Source: Marsupella aquatica
Lineage: Eukaryota; Plantae; Marchantiophyta
Direction of reading: 5' to 3'
Assembly: GCA_973895155.1 (NCBI GenBank)
Contig: OZ316891.1
Span: 6,999,808-7,063,807, forward strand
Length of the DNA: 64,000 bases
Shown here in pieces: positions 48,750-61,252 of this stretch. Below the pieces are notes generated by a model, which made no database searches, was not told the DNA's origin, and saw only the letters and a list, made by a program, of their open reading frames with translations. Positions within the stretch are counted from its first letter, which is position 1; every line of letters begins with the position of its first letter. A program made the translations under genes and the position numbers.

Positions 48750-49919
48750 AGGGGGGGTGGGGAAGGCATCCAATTTTGGTAGATTACAAATTATCGTTCC
48801 TTTCGTTAATACGGTGCAGCAGAATAGACTCCGAGTTCATAATTGAACTGTATACAAAATCATTGGTGTACATATCTTGGCCTGTTATAATCTAGAAGAG
48901 GGGTTATTTTTTAACCAACTGCGATTTGTAAACGTGTGCAGTTCAGCTCGTGTACAGCCGAGTTTTGTTCATAACAATTTACAAGAAAACCATTCCCCGA
49001 CTGAACCGAGCAGAATTCTCGTGCAGCTTCATTTCTGTTTCTACAGTCCAGTTCTCTTTGCTCAGTATACGACTCTTTGATGGACACACAGCTACTAGCA
49101 CTTTCGTATCTCTTTATATAGTAGTAGACGGTACTCAAATCATTAGATATAAAAGTCATTCAACGGGCCTGAGTCCACGGTCAGCCTGGTGGCTCAGTTG
49201 GCATCACATGGTGGCGCTAGCTATAGGTGTTTGACTTCAGCACTTTTGTCCAAGAATTCGATTGTTCGGGAGGGTTTCGGTGGAGCAAAACATGGGAGTG
49301 GTCTCAATAATGTCTGAAATTTTTCCCTTCCCGGTTATGCATCATCGCTTCCTTTTTCAAGTGCCCCCAGCATACATCTGGCTTTCAATGAGTGAGACGA
49401 CACCTGTGCTTTCTGTCAATCCGCCCCCACCAGACACATGGCTTTGATGAACAGACACACCTGTGCGCCCTGTCAATCCTACTAACTCACAAGGCAGAAA
49501 TGTGGAGCTCCTATGAAGTCGTCAGATCTATATAGATGGAACCAAATGGAAATAACTACGGTAGTGCTTGGGGACACAGCGCTATGGAATGGTGCGGTCC
49601 ATGTTTTCAGGAATGCGCAAAGGCTATGCAAGTGCCAGAAGTATTTTCCCTGAAAATCTGCAGTGCCAATCTAGAATTTACATCCTATTGTGCAAGGTGT
49701 CCATGTTTGCAATTTTTAACTGACAATCTTGACATAGATGTGTGCTCATGAGTTGTCACCTTTGTTACTCTACGCTGGTCCACTTTTTAGAGTGCGTTGT
49801 AAACACCTACCAAAATGATGAAGGGAACAGTCTAGTAAATGAACATTGGCCTCCGCTTATGCTTTGTCAAGAGTGTCTACAGCCATCTGGGAAAGTAGTC
49901 CACCTGCCAAAGGGCAGTA

Positions 49920-50730
49920 GATTCCATAGCTTTCTGCCCTCCAGCCCATAGCCCTCCCTCTGGTCATCCTACTTTTCCTATAGTTCTCTGCCCTCCCGCC
50001 CATAGCCTGATAGCCCTCCTTCTGGTCATTCTACCGTCTACCCGGGTGACTGCCATACCTATAGCCCTCCAAAAAGTCATGCTTTCTAAACAAGAGGACC
50101 CCCCAAAGCAAAAAAAATTCATTCCAGTGTTTGAATTTTATTTGCATTAAATACAGTTGATTATTAATCTAACTTTCATCCCATATCCGTCCTACCAACA
50201 GGGCCCTCCACCCATAGCCCTCCCACCACAATCCTCTTCCAGCCCATAGCCATCGACCCTCCATCCCATAGCCCCTTCTTCACGTCCTGGTGCCCTCCAC
50301 CTGGTTGGCTGCCCTCATAGCCCTCCAAAACGTTATGGCTCCCAAACAACGAGGACCCACCCCGCAAAACAAAACAAAAACTTGGTGTTAAATTGTTTAT
50401 ATGCATTACATAAACTTGACTTGCATGTTAGCTTCCAGCCCCTAGCCTTCTTGCCAACAGAGTAAACAGAGTAGCCCTGCCCATAGCCCTCTGGTCTCCA
50501 TGGCATAGCTCTCCGGACTTCATCCCATAGCCCTCCAGGCTCAGCCCGTAGCTCTCCCCCTCCCCTCCATCCATAGCTTCGGTCTCCAGCCAATAGCTCT
50601 CCCCTCCATCCTGTAGCCCTACTGCCCTTATTAGCTTTCCGATCTCCATTCCACAGCCCTCTGCCCTCCATCTCATACCTGTCCACAAGTCTCCATCCCA
50701 TAGCTCTCCAGCCTCCATCACATAGTCCTA
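49920..50730. repeat. Low-complexity C-rich region with many ccatagccctcc motifs
   Basis: More than 15 copies of ccatagc(c/t)ct variants; also two copies of gaggaccc.ccc..aaa.caaaa. Confidence 0.7.
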
Positions 50731-52359
50731 TGTATTGGGTAATGACAGTATTGAGTTAGGCAGCAAACAATCCGCCGACGAGAAAACTGTCACTAAATCT
50801 TGCCCTTTGTTCACAAAACACAACTCCCTGCACTGTACAAATGCTCCACCCTAAACACTTAACTCGGGAACAAGGAAATTATCGACTTATGTCTCGCAGT
50901 GACGACGATGGACGCCGGCACCTTCAGGAGGGGTCTGCCTACCTCCTTAATTCTCCTGGCCGTTTTGGTCTAAGACTAGCATTTTGCTTAAATTATTTTG
51001 GCAGCAACTACCCGTCGAATCATTTGCGTTTCAACTGATTCTACAAATGATGGCTACTGTAGATCAAGTTTTCAATTGATTGAAGTATTTAATGTAGACG
51101 TGTACGTGCTTCTCATCCTGCAGATTGCAAAACTTGCAGTTGGACCTTTGGTTGCACGCCCATTCATTGCCCATGTGTAGATCAATGGATTGCAGAATTG
51201 CAGCTCCATTGACCTCCTTAATTTCTCTTTTCGTTCTACCATCACGGCAAGACTGATGTGCACATTGTGCACGGCCTCTTCAATTTCTACATTATTATGA
51301 AGGGCTTAGACTGTATGAATTTGATGTCACCGCCCAGAGAAATTGCTTCGACTGGGAATTCTGAGTTACGTTTGTAGTGAAGTGGGTGGTTGTTTATTTT
51401 GTTGTGGAACCAGAATCGAGGAAGGGTCGGTTGATCGAGTACTCCGTTGATTTGTCGACCGAAGCTCGGATGGGACTCACGGTATTACGGTACTGTAGCT
51501 GGAGCTGTAACGTTGTGTCCAATATATATTAGGATACAAAACTTGAATCCTTCGCCTGCACTTGCTTCTGTATACGGTAGAACGCCATTGACTGAATCAA
51601 TCGCAAGAAAGCTCCGATTCACAGCTTTAGATCGACTTGCTGAAACCAAATCAGATGTGGGAGCTAGAGTTTCATTCGATAGGACATCCTTATTCTAAAA
51701 CAGCTTAATCGATCAAAGGCAATCTTATTCTGAACCAGACTCTCAATGAGCATCAACCGCGCCTACTCATTGATCCACCTATTGATCGTTCGTCGCCCAT
51801 GTCTTCTTGAAGTCGAGACCCACTACTAGCTTGTATGCTTATGAGTCTGCTGTGTGGCTTGTCGGAAGGGTTCTACGTCTTACCGTCGCAGCGACTCCTG
51901 TCGAGATGCCTTAGGTTCGTTCGTCAATGCAGAATCCTGCTTTTGGGCTTTAAAATGTTAGCTTTCTTTTCATGAGGATTGAGGGAACATCCTGCGCAGG
52001 GACTGGTGGATGATTCAACGTCTCCAAATGCGTTTGTTGGCAGAATTCACGTAAGCGGCAACAAAAGCCAGTCAGAGAGCAAGTAACTATTATTAAGGAA
52101 CTGGAGTGTCGAAATCATCAAATTTCTATCCCAGGCACGGCATTTGTTGGCCAATGGCTGCCCGCGGTTGTGGATTATTGATTCATTGCCGAGCAGAAAT
52201 CTGATCCCCCTACTTAATTAGTTGAAGGACCTGAGGGAAGTGGATGGGAGCACCCGATCTGAGCATGATGAATTTTGTCACCATGATAATTAAGGCTAGG
52301 TACTTCCGTTTCTTACGAACCCGACTCTAGGAGTTGTTCCGAAAACTAAGAACCACCGA

Positions 52360-53190
52360 ACAGCCCCAAGACAATCTCGCTAACACCCTGCCATTCGAAT
52401 TTTATTCGAGTACTTGATCCTGAAATTAATGACCACTAAACAGCCCCACCACAATCTCGCTACCACCCTGCCATACGAAGTTTTTGCAAAGTAAGACATC
52501 AAAGTGTATTCTCTGGTTTACTCCATGGCCATTTTTGCAACCAGACCATCACTTAAAGTGCTGATAGAACTGGATTTTTCTTTCTCTTAAGTTGACAGTC
52601 GCTCGTCACGAAGGACGGTGACGGGGGTCGTGGGTTGAATTGGCATCCTTGGCTCACCTTGCGCAGTCATGATGCAATCCACTGGCACGACAATCGAAGT
52701 GTGAACAATTCTCACTCACTTCTCGATAAGAAAATTAGTCCAGTCCTCTTTTGCAAAGCTAGACATCAAAGTTAGTTCTCTTGTTTCACTCCATCATGAT
52801 GACCTTTGCAACAAGACCACCATTTAAAGTGCTGACTGGATTTTCTCAATCTTAAATTCACTGTCCCTCCTCACGAACGAACAGGGTAATGGTTGGCGAT
52901 CCTTGATCTTCTCCTTGCACACAGTCATGACACACTCTACCGGCACGACAATCGAATCTGTAATAAATTGTCACTCACTTCCACTCACTTCTCGATAAGA
53001 AAATCAGTCCACTCTTTTGCAAAGCTAGACATCAAGCTAGACATCAAACTGAGTTAGTTCTCTGGTTTGACTTCATGATGACCTTTGCAACAACACCATC
53101 ATTTAAAGTGCTGAACAGTCGTTACACACTCGATCTACTGGCACGACAATCGAATGTGTAAACAATTCGCACTCACCTCTCGCCAAGAAA
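52360..53190. repeat. Degenerate ~250-bp tandem triplication
   Basis: tttgcaaag.tagacatcaa...tttgcaac...ccatca.ttaaagtgctga and .ggcacgacaatcgaa each recur three times. Confidence 0.75.
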
Positions 53191-55131
53191 GTTACTACAC
53201 TCGTCTAACTTCAATTATTGTCGCTTCAAACTGTCACACCACAGCTCCTTCTTTTGCCTGCCCGCGGGCAAGGAGGTGGGTGCCCGTTAGCCAAGATGTC
53301 GGAAACGTAACCTGACCACGGTTACTTTCTCGGAGGTGTGGTTTGCAACGGCATTTCAAATGGGTAACGGGATACCCAGACGGGCAGCTCCAACCGTATC
53401 AAACGACCCGCTACAACTATTCGGTTGCGGGTTGCCGCGGGCATTAAAACGTGCTGATCCAAGGACACGCGTCGTGCCAAAATCTTCGCGCCGTGAGGGC
53501 AGCCCAAGCTATTTTCCTCGGAGACCAGAAAAAAACCAACCAAAGTTCCAAACCTTGAGGGCAGCCAAAACATTTCTCCTTCGAGACCAAACGACGAGCA
53601 AACCATCGGGGCAGCCCAAACTATTTTACTTTTTACACTTGGAGACATAAAAGACAAAAAAACAAAGCCTCAGAGCAGCCCTCACAATTTTCCTTCGAGA
53701 CTAGAAAGACAAACAAACAAACCGGACGGGCAACCCAAACCATTTTCCTTCGAGAACAAAAAGAGACACAAACTTGAAGGGCAACGGGTACCTGGTAGCG
53801 GGGCAGGTATCGCCTACGAGTAGGAAAACCCCATCGACTGCCCGTCGCATGGACTGCCTGCCCGGTCTTAACCCACACACCTCTCAAACCATCGTTCGAA
53901 TGCAGGATATTATTGTAACGTTGATAAATTTACATCAATTGTGGTCGTTCATGTTGAGGATCGACGGTTCATATTCCAACATAGAGAATTTCTCTCAGAA
54001 CTGTTGTACCGAACCGGCAGCCTGAGTGGACATAAGAGGGAGTGTGGTTACCCGCGTCAGTTAACTGGGGGTTAAGTCCGTAGCCTACATAAGTCGTCCC
54101 AGAGGTGAAGCTGTCTGAGCACAAGCGAGTGAGAGGCTTGAGCTGACTTGAGAGTTCTCATGCGTTGATCAATTGAAGAGCTTTCAGATTGGGTTTATAG
54201 ATGCCTGACGTTCTATGAATCAGGTGACTCCTGAGAATAGCTCGATTTCGTGAGTTGATTCGAGCCATTACTCTTCTTGCTGTGTCAATTGGGTTAATTT
54301 GCTGAAGGTCTCGTTCTGAGGTGACTCCAGGTCGAGCTAGATTACCTCCAGTTCGTGAGATTCGTCTGATACTCTCGACGTATCGGTCTGATATTCTGTA
54401 GTGAGAATCAATGAATTCTGTTACGTGAGCCAGCTGACGATTGTGATTGACCTTTCAGCTTAATTAGTCAAATTCAGACACGTTGATGAATCCTCCTGCG
54501 CTCTACCTCACAGCGTACTTCACTCAGCGGATTTGTGCACATCATTGAGATCGGTAAGCCAGAGTGATCCCGTCTGTAATCTTTGTCACATTATTCCAAA
54601 TCCCAATTTCTGCCTGACAAAATTGCACTTCCAATCTTGAGCGAGCAATGACCAAATTGTTATGTCCTCTCAGAAAGTCCACGAGACAACATTTTCAATT
54701 GAGAGAACAGTGAGAGTCGACAACATTTTCAATTGAGGTTGAGCTAAATGAGAGTTCTATTCCCGTGAGCACTGAAATTCGCTTTCAGAGTCTGTAATCT
54801 AAGCCCACAGTAACATTCCAAGATCGACTTCCTCAGTGGACTGCACATCTTCACAAGAATGAAAACAAATGAATTAGTTAGAGTCAATTGGCGATTTCGA
54901 AACCCAAGCGACTGCATTACTAGTAGCTCTTGGATTGGTCCGCAATTTTTAAAGCAAAAGTACTAATTGTCCACTAGCTAGACAACCCAATTTCGGTTCA
55001 GAACACAAAGAAATAACATCGCAGGTAGGCAAGTTACGTGTTGGCGACTTGCAATTTTGAGGTACCTCTAGAGCGATCCACCTCTCTTATTGATCGAGGT
55101 AGTATGCTGCGTTGGCTCTGTCTAATTGAAA

Positions 55132-55138
55132 TATATAA
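55132..55138 (+). promoter_or_regulatory. TATA box of the lipocalin-like gene
   Basis: TATATAA ~100 bp upstream of ATG 55239. Confidence 0.45.
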
Positions 55139-55238
55139 GCTGCACCTGCTGTGGTTAATCCAATTTTTTTGCATGCAGCAGCGAGCTGGGGCTAGTTAAG
55201 CACTTAGCACTGTTCAAGCTTCAAGGACTCTAGTGATC

Positions 55239-58200
55239 ATGACGTCGAGACGAGCAGGCACACTTCAGAAGCTGACAGTGCTTCGGACTGCGAGCTTGCT
55301 TTTTGTTGTGTCACAGCTTACAACGACGGCCAGTGCACAAACGCTTTTCGACATCGACTTCTGCGATAATTGGCCTCAGGTCGGTCTTTCGAACGAATTG
55401 AATCTAGAGTACAATAGCAAGAGTGACTGGATAAGTAGATGCCCGAGTGGATGGTGGCCATTGTCCCTCGCTTTTGCTCGCATGTACTTACCTCAGACCT
55501 CTCAACAGTTTCGCGGTCCTCCCTGTCGAGCTTTCGGTTAGCACATTAGTCCCTGCATTAGTCCTGCATTTTCCCTTGAGCCTGTTTTTATATAGGAGGA
55601 CTAATGTGCTAGCCGATATCTCACAATCAGACACTCGTCATTCTTCTCCCCAGGATCCTGTGTGGCCTTTTTGGCAAAGATGTCAAATTAGCGTTTGCTA
55701 TCTCGAGAAGTCCTTCAAGCCAACCCTTGGAAGTGACAAATAGTCGTCTTGATTCTTAAATTTCAGGCTAGTTTGATATCTATCCACCATATCCGTTAAG
55801 TTTCACTAACCAAGTGTTTCTTTTGGAGTTGCTTGAGGCGTGCAGAAGTCATTTCTGTACCTAAATTTTCTATCAAAGAACAGCGTTACTTCTCATCTTT
55901 CCATGAATTCCAAGCTTGATTGATTGATTCCAGCTCGTGGATAACATTGTTTTCCAACTAATCAATTGCCAACACTGACAATAGACTGTTTGATTAGTTC
56001 TCGTGAGTATAACTTTCAAACTCAGATTTGGGTGACTTGAATTGCTCTATTATAGTTCTGTGCAGCCTCATTCACTGCTCTAGCGCGCTCAACATTGGTT
56101 GTTCCCAATGGGTTTAGAGTCTAAACCTCTTCGTTGTGATTATCAGACAAATTTGAACCTGTGTACCTTGAAAATTCACTTTGTTGTGCTCTTACCGATG
56201 TTTGGCCTTCAATTCGTACCTCAATCTAATTGAACATGTTTGGCCTTCGTATCTCTAGCTAATTGAACTTTGCTGTGTTGCTTCCGGCCCATGCAGCCAA
56301 ACACGTGCCCGACGCCGCCTACCTTCAACACCGTGAACCTCCAGGGGATGTCCGGGAAGTGGTACGAGATTGGCACCAATGCAAAATTCAAGCTATTCCG
56401 GGAGAACGGAATGGCGTGCAACACCGCAAACTACACCGTGGTGTCGACACCAGCAAACTTCTGGGGCGTCACGCAAAGCAATTTATCCATAGTGGACTCG
56501 GGGGTCAAGGCCATGGGACCGCTCTCGGGCTACGGCGTCGCGCAGGTCTCATTGGGGTCTAAAGCGCTTTGCACAAACGCTCGTACAATCTGCCATCTGA
56601 TGAGCAGCGACAGCCAGCTCGGGCAAGCAGTCACGCAGCTAGCCACCACCACCGGACAGCTCCTTCTGCTACATCCCATCGAAGCAGCTCAGCTGATCAA
56701 CGCAAGCGCTACCGTTGGTGCAGCCATCAACAGCATTAACGGAGCTCTCGATGCGCTCACGAAGAATGTGACGAGCATCCAGTCCGTAAACGCTCAGCTG
56801 AGTCAGGTGAACGGGAGCAGCCAGGCGAATTTGCAACAGCTCACCAGCGTGACTAATCAGGCCTTGATGGTCCAGAACACCATTCAGCAGGCTGTCGCCA
56901 GCATAGCTGCCGCTAAGGGCATCGTCTTGGAGGTAAACTGACTACATACTCTCGGAATGTACTGTTAATTCAGAAGCACTGCAATGTCCTTCGCCGAATT
57001 TGGTGCAACGGATTCAACTCATTCAAAATTGTCTAGGATATGGTCCGTCAGAGTTGTGCTTGTAATTAACATCGAATTGAAGTCCGATTTCTCGTCGAGC
57101 GTAGACGAGATGGTAACTAAGGTTTAAATGTGCTGTCTTCCATACATGACAGGTGACGGCCAAGATGTTGTTCGCGGGCGGAATTGTGCCAATGACTACG
57201 ATCCCGGATCTGGGCAAAGTGACATATCTACTGGCATCCGCGGAGCTCGCAATCATGGCGCAGGCAGGGGAGATAGAGCTGACGCTGTTCGGGATCAACG
57301 CCATGATGCCGCTAATCTCCATTGACAACACCAAGCCGTTTTCCCTTTCTTCCACGGGCACCGCTATGCAGAACGACACAGCCGCGGGTAGCCTCACTGC
57401 GAACATCCATGGAGTCGACGCCCCATTCCTCATTCTCGCCGTCAACGGCTTTGCCTCCTCGGGCTACACTTCAGCCCTCCTCTACTCCTGCGTTGAGGTC
57501 CCCAACGGCGACTACCAGCAAGGCCTCTTCGTCATCTCCAGGTCGACTATAATCCCGGTCTTCCAGTCACCGAATTATTGTTCGAGCAACAGTCAGAAAA
57601 TTATAAATTTATACCTTGAATTTCAAAAAGCTACCAAATTAATAACCATTTGTGTTTCTTGCAAGCCTTCTAATCCAGTCGGTCTATACAAGCATCGTCC
57701 GTTTTTCTGTTCACTTAAGTCATGGAGTAACGACCGATTTCCGAGGAATTTCTTCAGTGGAGTGTTACAGTCATTCAGTCATTCCTCGAGTCTTTGGGCA
57801 AGCTTCAAAGGCAGTTCTAAGGCTCGAAGTAAGCTCACCTAGGTCTGCTTATCGATAGAGTAGTCAGTCAACTTCAGTCACCAGTCAAGTACTGCTCCCA
57901 AGAAAACGGGTCAGACATCAACTGTAGCATGTGTTGACCTCCGCAAGTCGATCCAATTCGGTCCTTCAAGAAACCTCGATTGAAACGTTAACAGAAACCA
58001 AAACGAGCGAGAAAATATTTATCACTTGACCCGAATTGAATGTAGCCGGTAGCAATTCCCAGATCTAGAGACTGACCCTCACTTGGATAGCTACCGAGTT
58101 CCGATCCCAATGGCTTCTTTGCTAGTCCTCTTTGCCTATCAGGCGGTTCGATCTAACTGGCATATATATCTAACGCACTATTTGTCATATTTCGCTGATG

Positions 58201-58373
58201 ACAGGACCCCGACGCTGGATCCATATGTGGTGAACAACTTGCTCAATGTCGCCAGTATGAACGGAATTCAGACCACCTGTGACGATCCATTCGTCTACAC
58301 CGTCCAACAGTCTCCAATTTGCTCACCGCTCCCGCCCCCGGCACCTGGAACACATCTTCCAATCCCCAAGTAA
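55239..58373 (+). CDS. Secreted lipocalin (ApoD/Blc-like) with a ~200-aa helical insertion, 444 aa
   Basis: GT-AG exons 55239-55379, 56297-56932, 57153-57541, 58205-58373 join in frame (1335 nt). Signal peptide; SCR1 CPTPPTFNTVNLQGMSGKWYEIG, CNTANY, SCR2-like PFLILAV...YTSALLYSC, SCR3 VISRTPTL, C-terminal Cys. Confidence 0.8.
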
Positions 58374-59362
58374 ATTATAAGCTTGAGGAAGGAGGGCAGC
58401 ATGGTCAGAGCTACCTAATGAATAGAATAGCTCAACAGATACTGATTTTGGGTAGGGAATGAACATTACGAGTAAACGTTCTCTCGCCTTTCGTTGAGTA
58501 CGTAGCAATAATCCCTTAGAGTACAAAACAGTGATCACAGTGTGCCTTCACAACTGATTTGATTCACTATGTATGAATTTGTTATATGTCTTCTATATAT
58601 ATGAATCTTCAATTTGCTTTTCCGTCTCGTTTCCACAATCACTGGATCTTGAGTTCGTGATCGGTACGTTGTCAAAGTCGAGGTCCAACTCACGCCCATC
58701 CGTGCTTCTGTTTAGTCCAAAGTCCAAACTGTACAGATGACAGACTTGAACTGGGTCAAATGGTAGTCATCCCGTCTGCCTGCAGCCAATTTGACGGAGA
58801 CCTTGATCGTCCAAGCTTGATTTACAAACCAGACATCTGGACCCTGACTGTTGTGCTTTGGGTCCAGATTTCGTGGTTTACACCCAAGTTCTCTACAAAA
58901 TCCACTCAAAGGTGTTTTTTTCGAGGTGTTCAAAAGATTATGCACTTTTAAACAATGTTCTCTTGGAGTGATTTTACACTGTTCTCCTCTGCAGTCGTAA
59001 GTGTGAAATTAAAAAGTGTCCGATCGATAACTCTACACCAAGTGCAGCTAGAAATTCGATCCCGTCCTCTGCATTTAGTACGACACTGTACAGTGAAATA
59101 GTCCCAAGCTGGCCTAGCTACATGAGTAACCCTGTGCCGAGACCGTCATTATCCTGTACGTTCGTTCGTTGTCAAGAAATAATACTAGTACGATATAATC
59201 CCACAATGCGAAGTTGGGTGGAGGAGAGCTTTGAAAATTGCCTTTTCTCCTCATGCCTTCGCTCAACCGATCGTAGTCTAATCCGTCAGTTTAAGAGATG
59301 AGCAGCGGAGGAAGTATTTCTTTCTCATTCTGTGTAGTGACGTGCCCCGCGCCGATGCGAGC

Positions 59363-61252
59363 TGTTGAATGTTTGAATTTGAATATGGGCCACTCACGGA
59401 AAAGTAGGTTTACGGAACATTCATTATCTCTTCTCTGGCAGTTTCTCTCGGAGTCTTTCCGTGCGCACATGTCTTTGCTGAAGCTAAAGAGTGACAGGTT
59501 ATGGGCGAAGACTTTCTAAACTGAGTCAATTGATCTATCGTTTCTTTTGTATCAGTTGTGCATTACTCGAGACACATTCTTTTCTGTTTTGCTAGACTTT
59601 TCTGTTTGTGTCTGTGCTCATGGCTTGCTCCGACGGAGATTCTAGTGATGTAATTCCCAAGCGAGTTCCCAGGCTGGGCGGTGGTTCTAGTTATGAAGCC
59701 TGGCAGCTTCTAGTAGCGAGAAGTTTAGCTTCTTCTGGCGCATGGAAGTTCATTGACGATACTGCGATTCCACCTACGAAGGATGCAGATGAGGAGGATT
59801 ATCAATATCAAGTTCGTTTGGAAGGATATAACAAACACGCCGCAGCCGCTCGCGAGCTAATTCTGTCCACTTGTAAACCGCATATTCAGACCACATTAGC
59901 CAAGGTCACTACGGCTAAGGCATGTTGGGAGAGGCTCAAGGCACAGTATCAGCCTGAGAGCGCATTAGCCACGGTCACTACGGCGAAGGGATGTCGGGAG
60001 AAGCTCAAGGCACAGTACCAGCCTCAAGGTTTAATTCAGAAGCACAACAACTGGGTGAACTTTGTCCAAATGCAATACCGAGGTGAAGACATGGAGGCGT
60101 TTGGCATTAAATACCGCGAAGCAATTGATCGTTGTATTTCAGCTTGTCTTACAATTGATCCCGTGGTTGAAGTGATGCACTTCATACATCTACTTACTCC
60201 TCATTTTCATCATTGGACTGCTAGTAAACGTCAACAGATGCGGCGGGACCCGAATGCCACTCTTTCATTAGATTCATTGATTCTTGAAGCCAAAGATGAG
60301 TGGCGTATTCGGCATGAACGTCCTCCTCTTCAACTCAGTGCAAGCTCTTGTACAACTCAGACGACTCATGTTCCTATCTATAAATCAGTTCGCAACGAGA
60401 TCTGTCCTTATTGTCGTTTGCCATATCACAAAGAAGAGACGTGCTACTACAAGCATGTGCATCTTCGGCCTCCCGGTTGGACTCCCGCCCTGATCATCAT
60501 GCAGAAGATTCAGGAGCAGCTTCAAGGTGTAAATCATCTTCAGGCGTCATCATCCTCTGCCGCCACCCCGGAATCACTTGCACTGGATATGTTCAGTTTC
60601 ATTGACGTTTCTCATCAAGCACATTCTGATGGGTTTCCAACTATTGATAGAGATACATGGATCGCGAGTTCGGGCGCTACCCGTCATTTTTGTAACAATA
60701 AAAGTTTGTTTCAAGATAGTTACTTAGAGAATCCGCTCCCTATCATTACGGCGGCAGGCTCCATCATATCTCCTGGATACGGCAGCATCGATGTTCAACT
60801 ACAATGCACCGATAAATCTTTCCGCTCCATTCAGTTGAATCATGTTAGATTTATGCCTAGCAGTGTCCTGAACACAATTTCTGAAGATCTTTTAGAACGA
60901 AAAGGAGTCTACTGGCATGGATGGGAGTCCAAGTTTATATTTGGTCCAGCTGGTGACGAGTTTGCTCATGCTCGCAAAATAGACGGTCTCAAGGTATTCT
61001 CCGTCTGCTCCTCTCCGCTCACTGCTCACCATGATAATACTCTGTCCACACAGAGGGTCAGTAGTAATACGCTTCACAAGCGGTCTCGCTCACCTAAATT
61101 TGGCAGGCCTTCGATATTTCAGTGAGCAGGGACAGATAGTGTTAGGTGATTCTACTCCTTTTCAACCTTGCGAAGCATGTGCTTTAGGTAAATCTACCAT
61201 CTGTCGGAAGCCACACACTCGCGCGTCCCGACCATGTCAGATTAATTGGTGA
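59363..61252 (+). mobile_element. Truncated, inactivated Ty1/copia LTR retrotransposon (putative short 5' LTR, PBS, gag-protease, start of integrase)
   Basis: ...GACA at 59496 followed by PBS GGTTATGGGC (59497-59506). ORF 59620-61125 has a copia gag (AKACWERLKAQY), zinc knuckle CPYCRLPYHKEETC and protease WIASSGATRHFC (catalytic D lost); after a +1 frameshift near 61084 come LHKR/LAHLN and CEACALGKS (GAG-pre-integrase). No RT/RH or 3' LTR seen. The LTR start (TGTTG at 59363) is tentative. Confidence 0.85.
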
